A DNA stretch of 64,000 nucleotides from Thermoanaerobaculia bacterium (GTDB lineage: Bacteria; Acidobacteriota; Thermoanaerobaculia; Gp7-AA8): the NCBI GenBank assembly GCA_036398925.1, contig DASWOB010000022.1, positions 53,244-117,243 of the forward strand, read 5' to 3'. The position numbers and the translations under genes were made by a program. Of the stretch, positions 38,996 through 50,605 are shown in pieces. The notes under the pieces are model-generated. The model was given only the letters and a program-made list of their open reading frames with translations. It did not search any database and was not told the origin of the DNA. Numbering within the stretch: position 1 is the first letter of the stretch; each line of letters starts with the position of its first letter.

Positions 38996-39141
38996 TAGTC
39001 CGCGCTCCAGAACTCGTCGAGCGTGAGCTCGCGATCCTCACCGCTGTTCAAGCGCGCGATACGCCGCGCCGATTCGAGCAGCCATGCGTCGCGCCAAGCC
39101 GGATTGACGTCGTGGCGCACGTCATCGAGCGTTCGGGCCAT
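38996..39141 (-). CDS. Truncated paralog of the addiction-module antitoxin (48 aa)
   Basis: Hand translation gives MARTLDDVRHDVNPAWRDAWLLESARRIARLNSGEDRELTLDEFWSAD. It shares the MART(F/L)D(E/D)V start and the C-terminal W..E..RR...L.SGE motif with the antitoxin at 39439..39702. Confidence 0.35.
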
Positions 39142-39185
39142 ACGTCAGTCTACCTCGGTCCGCTGAGTGGGATTCAAGCGGGAGC

Positions 39186-39470
39186 TCAGCGCAGGCGGTA
39201 GCGCCAGTAGCCAGGCTTGCGGCTGTGGTGCGCCACCGCAATGACATAAATCTCGTGGGCGTGTTCCAGGTACACGATCGAGCACCTGAATCTGGCGATT
39301 CGGAACTGGCGCACGCCACGTCTGTCGTGGCCAATCCTCGGGTACGCGGCGAGATCGTGCGCCTTAGCCCAGAAAGCATCGAGAAACTCGTCCGCGCGAC
39401 TGCCTTCCAGAGACAGTGCGCGTTCCAGCAACTCTTCCTCAGCCTCTGCGTGCAGTCGTACGGGCAGCAC
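39186..39470 (-). CDS. Type II toxin, RelE/ParE family
   Basis: 94-aa ORF ...RRGVRQFRIARFRCSIVYLEHAHEIYVIAVAHHSRKPGYW has the typical ParE/RelE C-terminal core. It overlaps the upstream antitoxin ORF. Confidence 0.7.
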   Translation of the reverse strand: MLPVRLHAEAEEELLERALSLEGSRADEFLDAFWAKAHDLAAYPRIGHDRRGVRQFRIARFRCSIVYLEHAHEIYVIAVAHHSRKPGYWRYRLR

Positions 39471-39702
39471 TCAACTTCGCTCGCACTCGCTCGATCGATT
39501 CTTCGATGGGATACGTCACCGCTGTCCCGGCCCGGATCTCGTCGGCACGGCGCTCCGCGACATCAAGCCACGCCTCCTGAACTTCACGCTCCTCGTCGCT
39601 GAGCGTGCTCTCCCACAACTCGTCGGCAAGCACGCTCCGCTCCTCGAAGCTGAGCCGCATCGCCTCGTCGCGCACTTCGTCGAACGTTCTGGCCATACGC
39701 AA
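39439..39702 (-). CDS. Antitoxin, putative addiction-module component (TIGR02574/Unstab_antitox-like)
   Basis: 87-aa ORF M(RM)ARTFDEVRDEAMRLSFEERSVLADELWESTLSDEEREVQEAWLDVAERRADEIRAGT matches the LS.EER..LA.EL..SL...W..E..RR consensus. Confidence 0.65.
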   Translation of the reverse strand: MRMARTFDEVRDEAMRLSFEERSVLADELWESTLSDEEREVQEAWLDVAERRADEIRAGTAVTYPIEESIERVRAKLSAARTTARRG

Positions 39703-39705
39703 ACC

Positions 39706-40776
<1,071 letters not shown>

Positions 40777-40788
40777 GTCGTTGCTCCG

Positions 40789-40826
40789 TAAAACGAAAAA
40801 TGGGAAGGCGCACTTCGCGCCTTCCC
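40789..40826 (-). terminator. Intrinsic terminator between the DUF1385 gene and prfA
   Basis: Minus-strand RNA reads gggaaggcgc gaagu gcgccuuccc then auuuuucguuuu. It lies between 40851 and 40776. Confidence 0.6.
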
Positions 40827-40850
40827 ACCGAAAGAATGAATCTGGAGTAG

Positions 40851-41864
40851 CTAAGCGACCGCGGGCTGTTTTTCCTCGATGACGTCGTACATCAGCGCTT
40901 CCTTGAGGGCGATGATCGCGATCTCGAGCTGCTTGTCGTCCGGCTCTTTGGTCGTGATCCGCTGCAACCACATGCCGGGGCGAACCAGCAGCTTGCAGAC
41001 CGGGTTCGCCAGGTGGCGGGCCGAGAAGCGGATGACCTCGTACGCGAGGCCGGCGATCAGCGGGATCAGGACGACGCGCGCGCCGAACTTGATCGCAAAG
41101 TGTGCCGTCGAGGGGATCAGCGAGAAGACCAGGATCGAGATGGCCATGACGAACAGGAGGAAGCTCGTCCCGCAACGGGGATGGAGCGTCGACTTGGTCC
41201 GGGCGTTCTCCACCGTGAGGTCCTGGTTCGCTTCGAAGGTGTAGACCGTCTTGTGCTCGGCGCCGTGGTACTGGAAGACCCGCTTGATGTCGTCCATCAG
41301 CGAGATCGATGCGATGTAGATGAAGAAGAACAGCGCCCGCAGCACGCCGTCGACGAGGTTGTAGGAGAAGTTCCCCATGTCCGCCCAGAGGTAATGGCGG
41401 ATGAGGTTGGTGATGCCGAGCGGCGCCAGGATGAAGAGGCCGACCCCGAGGACCATGGCCATGGCCATGGAGCCGATGATGGCCCAGTTCGACATCTCCG
41501 GCTCCCCGTCCTCACCGGCCGACGAGACGCTGGCCGAGTAGTTCAGCGCGCGCATGCCGAGGATGAGCGACTGGATGAGCACGACCGAGCCGCGCAGTAC
41601 CGGCGTCTTGAGGAACGGGTACTTGGCGGTGATGGCCTGGAGCTTCTCTTTCTTGATGGCCACGCCGCCGTCCGGCTGGCGGACGGCGACCGAGTAGCCG
41701 GTCAGGCCACGCATCATCACGCCCTCGATGACCGCCTGGCCACCGATGAGCATGTCGACGTTTTTGTCCGCGGCCTGCGCAGGCATGGCAGACGTGAGGC
41801 CGTTCGTGAAGGCGTTGAACGCCCCCGCGATCATCCTCGCCGAACCGCGCCACGCGCGCCGCAT
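40851..41864 (-). CDS. DUF1385-family (YqhQ-like) membrane protein
   Basis: Likely start is the ATG at 41862-41864, overlapping the rpmE stop (TGATG), giving [19 protein letters not shown]... It has multiple TM helices and a conserved YHGAEHK motif typical of DUF1385. Confidence 0.7.
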   Translation of the reverse strand: MRRAWRGSARMIAGAFNAFTNGLTSAMPAQAADKNVDMLIGGQAVIEGVMMRGLTGYSVAVRQPDGGVAIKKEKLQAITAKYPFLKTPVLRGSVVLIQSLILGMRALNYSASVSSAGEDGEPEMSNWAIIGSMAMAMVLGVGLFILAPLGITNLIRHYLWADMGNFSYNLVDGVLRALFFFIYIASISLMDDIKRVFQYHGAEHKTVYTFEANQDLTVENARTKSTLHPRCGTSFLLFVMAISILVFSLIPSTAHFAIKFGARVVLIPLIAGLAYEVIRFSARHLANPVCKLLVRPGMWLQRITTKEPDDKQLEIAIIALKEALMYDVIEEKQPAVA

Positions 41865-42085
41865 CACTTCGCCGCCTTGGCCGCCGTCTGCTTTGCGTAT
41901 TTCTTCTGGAAGCGGTCGATCCGGCCGGCGGTGTCGACCAGCTTCTGCTTGCCCGTGAAGAACGGGTGGCACTTCGAGCAGATCTCGACGCGGAGCTCGC
42001 CACGGGTCGAACCGGTGTTCCAGCTCTCGCCGCACGCACAGTGAACGTTGACCTGCTGATACTTCGGATGAATCTCTGGTTTCAT
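41864..42085 (-). CDS. rpmE: 50S ribosomal protein L31 (zinc-ribbon type)
   Basis: 73 aa: [45 protein letters not shown]. Confidence 0.9.
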   Translation of the reverse strand: MKPEIHPKYQQVNVHCACGESWNTGSTRGELRVEICSKCHPFFTGKQKLVDTAGRIDRFQKKYAKQTAAKAAK

Positions 42086-42166
42086 GGCTTTACCTCGGTT
42101 TCGTTCTGAATCTGCTCGGTTGCAGTCTGCTGAAAACTATCCTTACGGGAGAAAAATTGCCGGGCC

Positions 42167-43168
42167 CTAGACCAGCCACTTCCCGACCCAGGTGGTCAGC
42201 CAGAAGGTGAGCGCCCCGATCAGGGCCGCCATCGGGATGGTCAGTACCCACGCCCAGACGATCCGGCCGGCGATGCCCCAGCGGACGGCGGAGAGCCTCC
42301 GCGTGGCACCAACGCCGACGATGGCCCCGGTGATGGTGTGGGTGGTCGAGACCGGCACGCCGATGGCCGTGGCGATGAAGAGCGCGATGGCGCCGGCGGT
42401 CTCTGCCGCAAAGCCGCCCACCGGCTGGAGGCGGGTGATCTTCGAGCCCATGGTGTGGATGATCCGCCAGCCGCCGCTGAGCGTACCCAGAGCGATGGCG
42501 GCGTGCGCGGCCAGGACGACCCACGTCTGGATCTCGAAAGTCTTGAGATAGCCGGCCGTGAAGAGCACGCCGGCGATGATGCCCATCGTCTTCTGCGCGT
42601 CGTTGCCGCCGTGGCCGAGCGAGTAGAGCGCCGCCGAGACGAGCTGGAGCCTGCGGAAGATCCGGTCGACCTTCCGCGGATGCGCGTTGCGGAAGGTCCA
42701 CATGGTGGCGGAGGTGATGACCAGCGCCAGCGTCAGGCCGATCAGCGGCGCGAGGATGATGTAGATGAGGGTCTTGGTCCAGCCGGAGAGGATGATCGCG
42801 CCGAAGCCGGCATTTGCGATCGCGGCGCCGGCGTAGCCGCCGATGAGCGCGTGCGAGGAGCTGGTCGGCAGGCCGAAGTACCAGGTGATGAGGTCCCAGA
42901 TGATCGCCCCCATCAGCCCGCCGAAGATGACGGCGAAGTTGACGGCGTCGAGGTCGATCATCCCCTTGCCGATGGTCTTGGCCACGGCCGTGCCGAAGGT
43001 GAACGCGGCGATGAAGTTGAAGAACGCTGCCCAGACCACCGCCTGCCCCGGCGTCAGCACGCGCGTCGAAACGACCGTGGCGATCGAGTTCGCGGCGTCG
43101 TGGAAGCCGTTGATGTAGTCGAACGCCAGGGCGACGACGATCAGGGCGATGACGGTCAGCAGCAGCAT
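42167..43168 (-). CDS. pitA: Inorganic phosphate transporter, PiT family
   Basis: 333-aa polytopic ORF with the PiT signatures NGFHDAANSIAT and GHGGNDAQKTMGII. Confidence 0.85.
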   Translation of the reverse strand: MLLLTVIALIVVALAFDYINGFHDAANSIATVVSTRVLTPGQAVVWAAFFNFIAAFTFGTAVAKTIGKGMIDLDAVNFAVIFGGLMGAIIWDLITWYFGLPTSSSHALIGGYAGAAIANAGFGAIILSGWTKTLIYIILAPLIGLTLALVITSATMWTFRNAHPRKVDRIFRRLQLVSAALYSLGHGGNDAQKTMGIIAGVLFTAGYLKTFEIQTWVVLAAHAAIALGTLSGGWRIIHTMGSKITRLQPVGGFAAETAGAIALFIATAIGVPVSTTHTITGAIVGVGATRRLSAVRWGIAGRIVWAWVLTIPMAALIGALTFWLTTWVGKWLV

Positions 43169-43171
43169 CGA

Positions 43172-43792
43172 TCAGCCATGCTTGACGACGATGTTCTCGA
43201 GGAGGTTCGCCACATCCTCGCAGGCATCGGTTGCTTCCTCGAGGATGTCGAGGATCTCTTTCCACTTGATGACCTGGATCGGGTCCTTCTCTTCGTCGAA
43301 GAGCTGGCCGATGGAGGCTTTGTGGATGCGATCGGCCTCGTTTTCGAGCCGGTTGATCTCGATGGCGCGCTGGAGGACCCCCTCCCGCTTCTCGAGCGCC
43401 TCGATCGCGGAGCGGATCTCGCCGGTCTGTTCGATGATCACCCGGGCCAGCTCACGGGCCCCGCCGCGCACCTTCTCGATGCGATAGAGCGGGAAGAGGG
43501 CCGCGGCGCTGTCGATCGCGTCCATCACGTCGTCGAGCGTCTTCGCCAGCGAGTGGATGTCCTCGCGGTCGATGGGGGTGACGAAGGTCTTGTTGAGGCG
43601 CTGGATGATCTCGTGAGTCAGAAAGTCGCACTTGTGCTCGACTTCTTTGATCTCGTGGGCCTTGTCGTAGTGCGGTGGGTCGGTCGCCAGCAGCTGCTCG
43701 AGCAGGCGTGCGCCGACGCGCAACTGATCCGCCATCAGCTTGAAGTCTTCGTAGAACTTTTCTTCACGCGGAATCAGACGAAATTTTGCCAA
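43172..43792 (-). CDS. DUF47/PhoU-like phosphate transport regulator (PiT accessory protein)
   Basis: 206-aa ORF MAKFRLIPREEKFYEDFKLMADQL... is typical of TIGR00153/DUF47. It lies immediately upstream of pitA in the same orientation. Confidence 0.8.
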   Translation of the reverse strand: MAKFRLIPREEKFYEDFKLMADQLRVGARLLEQLLATDPPHYDKAHEIKEVEHKCDFLTHEIIQRLNKTFVTPIDREDIHSLAKTLDDVMDAIDSAAALFPLYRIEKVRGGARELARVIIEQTGEIRSAIEALEKREGVLQRAIEINRLENEADRIHKASIGQLFDEEKDPIQVIKWKEILDILEEATDACEDVANLLENIVVKHG

Positions 43793-43827
43793 GGCGTGAC
43801 CCTCCCGGAAAGGCGCGGCGGATTCTA

Positions 43828-45168
43828 CTATGCCGCGGGGAGGCGCACTTCAAATGTCGCTCCGCGGCCACCCTCGCGATTCCAGACCGCGATCCGGCCG
43901 CCGTGCAGGACCACCAGGTGCTTGGTGATGGCCAGCCCCAGGCCGGTGCCGGGGACGTTCTGGGAGCGGCTCCGGTCGACCCGGTAGAAGCGGTGGAAGA
44001 TCCGTTCGAGCTCGGCCGGCGGAATCCCCTCCCCCTCGTCGGACACGCGCACCACCGCCTCCTCCCCTTCCTGCGCCACTTCGATCAGCACCTCTCCCCG
44101 TCCCCCGCCATGCTTCCACGCGTTGTCGAGGAGATTCGAGACGATCTGCTGGGCACGCTGAGAGTCGACGTTGGCCCGTGCCGGCTCCCCCTCGACGCGA
44201 AATACCAGACCGTCGGCGCGGCCGCGGAACTCGCTGCAGAGCTCCTCGGCCAGTTCGCGCAGGTCGACCGCCCGCCGCTGCAGCGAGACCCGTCCCGCTT
44301 CGATGTTGTTCAGGTCGGAGAGGTCCTTCACCAGCCGCTCGATCCGCCCGAGCTGCCGCAGCATCACCTCCCGCAACTGGCGCTCGAGCTCCGGCTCGAC
44401 CCCCTCCTCCAGCGTCTCCACCGCGCTGCGCAGGCCGGCCAGCGGCGTCCGCACCTCGTGGGAGAAGTCGTCCAGGAACTCCTTCCGGATGCGCTGCAGC
44501 CGTTCGAGCTGGGTGACGTCGATGAAGAGCGCCACCGCCGCGATCTCGTTCGATGCCTCCACCGGGAAGACGCGCACTTCGATCTGCCGCTCGTGCATCT
44601 CGATCCGGTCGTTCGACGGATGCCCCTGCAGCGCTTTGTCGAGCGCCTGGACGATCGACTGCTGCCGCACGACCTCGAGAAAAGACCGGCCGATCGGATT
44701 CGCACCGCCGCCGAAGATCTCCGAGACGCGTGGATTCGCGAACACCACCCGGCCGCGCGGATTCACAGCAATCAAGCCTTCGCCGAGGGAGGCGACGATC
44801 TCCTCCATCGCCGCGCGGTGCTCCTCGTGCGCCTGGCGCTGGCGAAGGATCGTCGCGCGCAGCTCTTCGACTCCGCGGGCGATGTCATCCAGCTCGCCGT
44901 GAAACACGCGGTCGGCGATCGGCCTGTCGACCTGCCCCTCCGCCAGCGCGCGCGTCCGCTCCGTCAGGAGGTCGAGATCGTTCGCACGCCGTACCGCCCA
45001 GAGAAAGACGCCGCTCCACGGCAGGAGGAAGAGGAGAAAGCTGATGATGGCCAGCACCACCGCCGCCGGCTGCTCCACCCCGGCCCGATCGAGCGCGGCG
45101 CCGAATCCCCACGCCACCGCGATGGCGATGACGAGCGAAACGTAAAGCAGGAGTCGTAAGGGATGCAT
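43828..45168 (-). CDS. phoR: Sensor histidine kinase (PhoR-like)
   Basis: Likely start is the ATG at 45168 (MHPLRLLLYVSLVIAIAVAW...). It has two TM segments, then a HAMP/PAS-like region, the H box FSHEVRTPLAGL, and N, G1 and G2 boxes (LDNAWKHG, GTGLGLAI). The ORF-track 5' extension translates the CCTCAAT repeat hairpin. Confidence 0.8.
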   Translation of the reverse strand: MHPLRLLLYVSLVIAIAVAWGFGAALDRAGVEQPAAVVLAIISFLLFLLPWSGVFLWAVRRANDLDLLTERTRALAEGQVDRPIADRVFHGELDDIARGVEELRATILRQRQAHEEHRAAMEEIVASLGEGLIAVNPRGRVVFANPRVSEIFGGGANPIGRSFLEVVRQQSIVQALDKALQGHPSNDRIEMHERQIEVRVFPVEASNEIAAVALFIDVTQLERLQRIRKEFLDDFSHEVRTPLAGLRSAVETLEEGVEPELERQLREVMLRQLGRIERLVKDLSDLNNIEAGRVSLQRRAVDLRELAEELCSEFRGRADGLVFRVEGEPARANVDSQRAQQIVSNLLDNAWKHGGGRGEVLIEVAQEGEEAVVRVSDEGEGIPPAELERIFHRFYRVDRSRSQNVPGTGLGLAITKHLVVLHGGRIAVWNREGGRGATFEVRLPAA

Positions 45169-45180
45169 GGCGGCTGCGCC

Positions 45181-45262
45181 GGATTGAGGATTGAGGGATT
45201 GAGGATTGAGGAAGAGGATCGCGCAGCCTTCCTCAATCCTCAATCCTCAATCCTCAATTCCC
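45181..45262. repeat. Intercistronic hairpin built from tandem heptamers: (ATTGAGG)x4 versus (CCTCAAT)x4
   Basis: ggattgaggattgagggattgaggattgaggaag ... cttcctcaatcctcaatcctcaatcctcaattcc. It fills the phoB-phoR intergenic gap, and its right arm overlaps the phoB stop codon. Confidence 0.8.
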
Positions 45263-45949
45263 TTCGAACCGGTATCCGTATCCGATCACCGTATGGATCC
45301 GGTCCTTGCCGATCTTCTTGCGCAGGTTGCGCACGTGCGCATCGACCGTCCTGGTCTCGACGTCTTCCGCGACCTGCCAGACCTCGGACAGAATCCGGTC
45401 GCGCGAGACCACCGCCGGGCGGTTGCGCACCAGCATCCAGAGCAGCTCGAGCTCTTTCTTGGCCAGCTTCACCTCGTCGCCGTCGACGTAGACCCGCAGC
45501 GTGCGCCCGTCGATGCGCAGCTGTCCGTCGTCGTAGACGCTGGCGTCGTCGTCGCTCCCCTTCGCGCGGCGGAGGATCGCCGCGACGCGGGCCAGCAGCT
45601 CGCGGACGCTGAACGGCTTCACCAGGTAATCGTCGGCGCCGAGCTCCAGGCCGAGAATGCGGTCCGCTTCGCCGGAGCGGGCGGTGAGCATCAGGATCGG
45701 CAGCTTCGCGGTGGCCGGATGGCGGCGCAGCTCGCGGCAGATCGTGAAGCCGTCGAGGTCGGGGAGGTTCAGGTCGAGCACCAGAAAGTCGAAGCCCCCC
45801 TGCTGCACGCCGAGGAGCCCCTCGTGGCCGTTCTGGAAGCGCGTCACGCCGTAGCCCTCGCGCTCGAGGTTGAGGCCGATGGTGAACGACAGGTCGGCGT
45901 CATCCTCGATGAGAGCCACCCGCGCGACGGAGCTTCTAGGCCGATTCAT
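45254..45949 (-). CDS. phoB: OmpR/PhoB-family response regulator
   Basis: 231-aa ORF with a receiver domain (ALIEDDADL...LVLDLNLPDLDG...LMLTA) and a winged-helix output domain (LLWML...TVDAHVRNLRKKI). It is located within the pst-phoU cluster. Confidence 0.85.
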   Translation of the reverse strand: MNRPRSSVARVALIEDDADLSFTIGLNLEREGYGVTRFQNGHEGLLGVQQGGFDFLVLDLNLPDLDGFTICRELRRHPATAKLPILMLTARSGEADRILGLELGADDYLVKPFSVRELLARVAAILRRAKGSDDDASVYDDGQLRIDGRTLRVYVDGDEVKLAKKELELLWMLVRNRPAVVSRDRILSEVWQVAEDVETRTVDAHVRNLRKKIGKDRIHTVIGYGYRFEGN

Positions 45950-46591
45950 GACTGTGCTTGATCACTTTGCCTTCGACCAGGTAGACCACCATCTCGCAGA
46001 TGTTGGTGGCGTTGTCGGCCATCCGCTCGAAGTACTTGCCGATGAAGGTCAGCCGGATGGCGCGCGAGATGTTGCGCGGGTCTTCCAGCATGTACGTCAG
46101 CAGTTCGCGGAAGCTCTGCTCGGTCAGGCGGTCGACTTCATCGTCGCGCAGGATGACCTGCCGCGCCAGCACCGCGTCGCCGCGCACGAAGGCGTCGAGC
46201 GACTGCCGCACCATGTCCTGGGCGATCCGCGCCAGGCGCGGGATGTCGATCATCGGCTTGAGCGGCGGCTCGCGATTCAGCTCGATGGCGCGCTCGCAGA
46301 CGTCGACCGCCAGGTCGGCGATACGCTCCAGCTCCGGCGTGATCTTCATCGCCGTCGCCACCAGCCGCAGGTCGCCCGCGGCCGGCTGCATCTTCGCGAT
46401 CAGCTCCACCGTGTGCGCGTCGATCTCCAGCTCCATTCGGTCGATCTCGCTGTCGGAGGCGATGACCGCCTCCGCGACCTGCGTGTCGCGCTCCAGCAGC
46501 GCGCGGATCGATTCGTTGATCTGGTCCTCGACCATCGCGCCCATGCGCAGCAGCCGCTCTTTCAGCTCTTCAATCTCTCTGTCGAAATGTC

Positions 46592-46595
<4 letters not shown>
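45936..46595 (-). CDS. phoU: Phosphate signalling complex protein PhoU
   Basis: From the ATG at 46595: [33 protein letters not shown]... (219 aa). Two PhoU repeats with the conserved E..D and IA(K/R) features. The ORF-track extension upstream is junk. Confidence 0.85.
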
Positions 46596-47455
<860 letters not shown>

Positions 47456-47458
47456 CGG

Positions 47459-48442
47459 TCAGCCCTTGAGCCGCGACCGGGTGCGCGTACGGATGATCAC
47501 GCCGGTGAGGTTGAGCAGAAACGTCAGCGCCAGCAGCACGAACACCGTGCCGTAGAGCAGCGGCTTGGTCGCCTCGACGTCCGGCGACTGCGTCGAAAGA
47601 ATCAGCACGTGATAGCCGAGGTGCATGAACTGGTCGGTCACGTCGCCCGGCAGGTACGGCAGGTAGTACGCCGCGCCGGTGAAGAGGATCGGCGCGACCT
47701 CACCGGCACCGCGGGAGATGCCGAGGATGGCCCCGGTCAAAATGCCCGGCAGCGCACCCGGCAGCACCACCCGCCGGATCGTCTCCCACTGCGTCGCACC
47801 GAGCGCCAGCGACGCTTCGCGCAGATCGGCCGGAATGGTCCGCAACGCTTCCTCCGTCGCCACGATCACCGTCGGCAGCGTCAGCAGCGCCAGCGTGCAG
47901 GCGGCCCACAGCAGCGAGCCCTGTCCCCACAGCACCTCGCCCTGCGGCTGCGTCGCGCGATCGATGCTCCGTCCGATGAAGTTGATGAAGAAGCCGAGAC
48001 CGAAGAGGCCGAAGACGATCGACGGAACGCCCGCCAGGTTGGCCACGGCGCTGCGGGTGACGTTGGCCATCAGCGCCGAGACCGCGCGCAGGAAGAGCTT
48101 CTTCCGGTCGGGCCGCCCCTTCGACGCTTTGAAGCGGCTCCACGCGCGGCCGAAGCCTTCCGCCGGCGTGTATTCGTGCAGGTAGATCGCGGTCGCGACG
48201 CCGAGCGGCACCGCCGCCACCGTCATCAGCAGCACCAGCATCGCCGTGCCGACGATGGCCGGTCCGATCCCTCCCTCCGTCAGCCCCGCCCGCGGCGCCT
48301 CGGTGATGAAACTCCAGCTCACCGTGCGTGCGCCGTGCAGGACCACGTTGCCGAGGATCACCACCAGGATCGCCAGGATCAGCACGACGCTGAAGCCGAG
48401 CAGACCGATGGCCAGACGATCGGCGACACGACGGCTGGTCAT
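47459..48442 (-). CDS. pstA: Phosphate ABC transporter permease PstA
   Basis: 327-aa polytopic ORF with the EAA-like motif (EASLALGATQWETIRRVVLP) typical of PstA. Confidence 0.85.
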   Translation of the reverse strand: MTSRRVADRLAIGLLGFSVVLILAILVVILGNVVLHGARTVSWSFITEAPRAGLTEGGIGPAIVGTAMLVLLMTVAAVPLGVATAIYLHEYTPAEGFGRAWSRFKASKGRPDRKKLFLRAVSALMANVTRSAVANLAGVPSIVFGLFGLGFFINFIGRSIDRATQPQGEVLWGQGSLLWAACTLALLTLPTVIVATEEALRTIPADLREASLALGATQWETIRRVVLPGALPGILTGAILGISRGAGEVAPILFTGAAYYLPYLPGDVTDQFMHLGYHVLILSTQSPDVEATKPLLYGTVFVLLALTFLLNLTGVIIRTRTRSRLKG

Positions 48443-49377
48443 GACGCCCCCTGCATCCGTCCCTGCATCTTCCGGATGACCAGCTGGCCGAGGCTGTTGC
48501 TGATGAAGGTGATGACGAAGAGCAGCGTGCCCATGAAGAAGAGCGCGGAGTAGTGCGCGCTGCCGACCACCACCTCACCCATCTCCGCGGCGATCGTCGC
48601 GGAGAGCGTGCGCAGCGGATCGAGCAGCGACAGCGACGTGATGGCCGCGTTGCCGCCCGCCATCAGCAGGATCATCGTCTCGCCGATGGCCCGCCCGAAC
48701 GCGAGCACGAATGACGCGAAGACCGCCGGCGCCGCGGCCGGCAGCACGACGTTCCACGCGGTCTGGAACTTCGACGCGCCGAGGGCATACGACGCCTCCC
48801 GATACGAGCGCGGCACCGCCGCCAGTCCATCCTCGGAAATCGTGTAGACGATCGGCACGAGCGCGAAGCCGAGCGCCAGTCCCGCGTTGACGGCGTTCAG
48901 CCGATAGGTGAATCCGAACGCGTCCTGCAGCCACGTCGCCAGGACGATCAGCGCGAAGAAGCCCATCACCACCGAGGGGATGCCGGCCAGCAGCTCGATG
49001 ATCGGCTTGATCACCTCGCGCAGGCGAGGCGGCGCGAACTCGGAGGAAAAAAGCGCCGCCGCGACGCCGACCGGACAGGCGAAGAGGAGGCCGACCAGCG
49101 TCGCTTTCAGCGTGCCGAGGATGATCGGGATCAGCGAGACCTTCGGACGCTCCGAGGTCGGCTGCCAGACGTAGCGATCGGTGATGGTCGGCCCTTCCTG
49201 CGCCTCGACGAAGAAGGCCTCGAGGTTGGCCTCCTTCTTCACTTCCGGGTCGGTGAAGATCGGGATCGTCTCCTTGAACGTGAAGAGAAAGATCAGAAAG
49301 ATGAAGACGATCGCCACCCAGCCGGCGATCGAAAAGACGCCGGTCATCAGCGAGTTGAACGCGTAGCGACGCCTCAT
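48439..49377 (-). CDS. pstC: Phosphate ABC transporter permease PstC
   Basis: Likely start is the ATG at 49377, overlapping the pstS stop (ATGA): MRRRYAFNSLMTG... It is polytopic with the EAA-like EASYALGASKFQTAWNVVLP. Confidence 0.85.
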   Translation of the reverse strand: MRRRYAFNSLMTGVFSIAGWVAIVFIFLIFLFTFKETIPIFTDPEVKKEANLEAFFVEAQEGPTITDRYVWQPTSERPKVSLIPIILGTLKATLVGLLFACPVGVAAALFSSEFAPPRLREVIKPIIELLAGIPSVVMGFFALIVLATWLQDAFGFTYRLNAVNAGLALGFALVPIVYTISEDGLAAVPRSYREASYALGASKFQTAWNVVLPAAAPAVFASFVLAFGRAIGETMILLMAGGNAAITSLSLLDPLRTLSATIAAEMGEVVVGSAHYSALFFMGTLLFVITFISNSLGQLVIRKMQGRMQGAS

Positions 49378-50270
49378 TTGGTGGTGCTGAGAGGCTGTGT
49401 TGTAAGAGGAAAGTAGCCGACCTGCGTGACGAGCTTCTGCGCGTCCGGCGTGACCGCCCACTGCGCGAACTTCGTCACCCGCTCCGGCGCGTTGGCGGTG
49501 TAGTAGAAGAAGAGCTTGCGGCTGAGCGGATACGTCCCGTCCGCGACCGTCGACTCATTCGGCTCGACCGGCGCCTTGCCGCTGTCGGAGATACCGAGCG
49601 GGCGGACTTCCTTGGCGTAGGCGATGCCGCCATAACCGATGCCGTTCTTGTCCTGGCCGACCGCGTTGATGATGGCCGCGGTCCCCTGCAGCGTCTGCAC
49701 GCGCGGCGAAAAGTCTTCCTTCGCCAGGACGTGCTCGCGGAAGTAGTCGTACGTACCGGACGAGCTCTCGCGGCCGTAAAGCACGATCGGTGCGTTCGTC
49801 CCGCCGAGCTGCTGCCAGTTCGTGACCTTCCCCTGGAAGACGTCCTTCACCTGCGCGACGGTCAGCGTCCTGACCGGATTGGAGGCGTGCACGAACACCG
49901 CGAGGGCATCGAGCGCCACCGCGTGCTCGACCACCTCGGCGCCACGGCTCTTCGCCGCCTTCGCCTTCTCATCACCCTTCATCGGGCGCGACGACTGCGC
50001 GAGGTCGACTGTCCCGTTGATCAGCGCCGCGATCCCGGTGCCGCTGCCGCCCCCATTGACCTGCACCACCGTCCCGGCATTTGCCTTCATGTACTCCTCG
50101 GCCAGCCGCTGCCCGAGGATGACCATCGTGTCCGATCCCTTGATCGAAAGCGGCTTGCTGTTCCCGCCGCTCTTCGGCGCCGCACCATCGGAGCTCCTGC
50201 GCTCCCCCCCACCACACCCGACGGTGAGCACGAGCGCCGCTGTAAAGACAATTCGAGCCACAGAGTTCAT
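49374..50270 (-). CDS. pstS: Phosphate ABC transporter substrate-binding lipoprotein PstS
   Basis: 298-aa ORF with lipobox LTVGCGG. It has GSDT, NGGGSGTG and other PstS/PBP-like motifs. It is the first gene of the pst operon. Confidence 0.85.
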   Translation of the reverse strand: MNSVARIVFTAALVLTVGCGGGERRSSDGAAPKSGGNSKPLSIKGSDTMVILGQRLAEEYMKANAGTVVQVNGGGSGTGIAALINGTVDLAQSSRPMKGDEKAKAAKSRGAEVVEHAVALDALAVFVHASNPVRTLTVAQVKDVFQGKVTNWQQLGGTNAPIVLYGRESSSGTYDYFREHVLAKEDFSPRVQTLQGTAAIINAVGQDKNGIGYGGIAYAKEVRPLGISDSGKAPVEPNESTVADGTYPLSRKLFFYYTANAPERVTKFAQWAVTPDAQKLVTQVGYFPLTTQPLSTTK

Positions 50271-50314
50271 GCCCGCGAGGCTAAAGGGCGGGGGTGGAGG
50301 AGGGTGGCAGTACG

Positions 50315-50331
50315 TGTAAATTCGGTGTGAA
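50315..50331 (-). promoter_or_regulatory. Candidate Pho box (direct hexamer repeats TTCACA-N5-TTTACA, 11-bp phasing) upstream of pstS
   Basis: The minus-strand sequence about 45-60 nt upstream of the pstS ATG reads ttcacaccgaatttacacg. This resembles PhoP/PhoB-type direct-repeat boxes, TT(A/T/C)ACA with a 4-6 bp spacer. Confidence 0.4.
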
Positions 50332-50605
50332 GCGGGGCGGGGAGAGATGGACCGCGGCGGGCGGGTGGGCGTCGATCAGGCGGGCCATCGTTGCTCGTAG
50401 TGCCGTGACGGCCGCGGTGGCGGCCCCTTCGCCGGCGCGCAGGAGCTCGAATGCCGATTCGGCATCTTTGACGCATTTTTTAGTTGACACGACCACCCGA
50501 ATGGGCGCATTTATGCTGAATGTTAAAACAGACAAGCAGCGCGCCCGGAACTGAGGACCTCACAGAGATTGGGGGCCGCTCAGTCGTTCAGCTTGGCGGC
50601 TTTGC

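Noticed and set aside
39122-39379. 85-aa minus-strand ORF overlapping the toxin gene region, and the 39584..40828 414-aa minus-strand ORF
   Set aside because: These are alternative-frame ORFs inside or overlapping the ParE toxin and prfA genes. They have Arg/Ser-rich junk composition and no start context.
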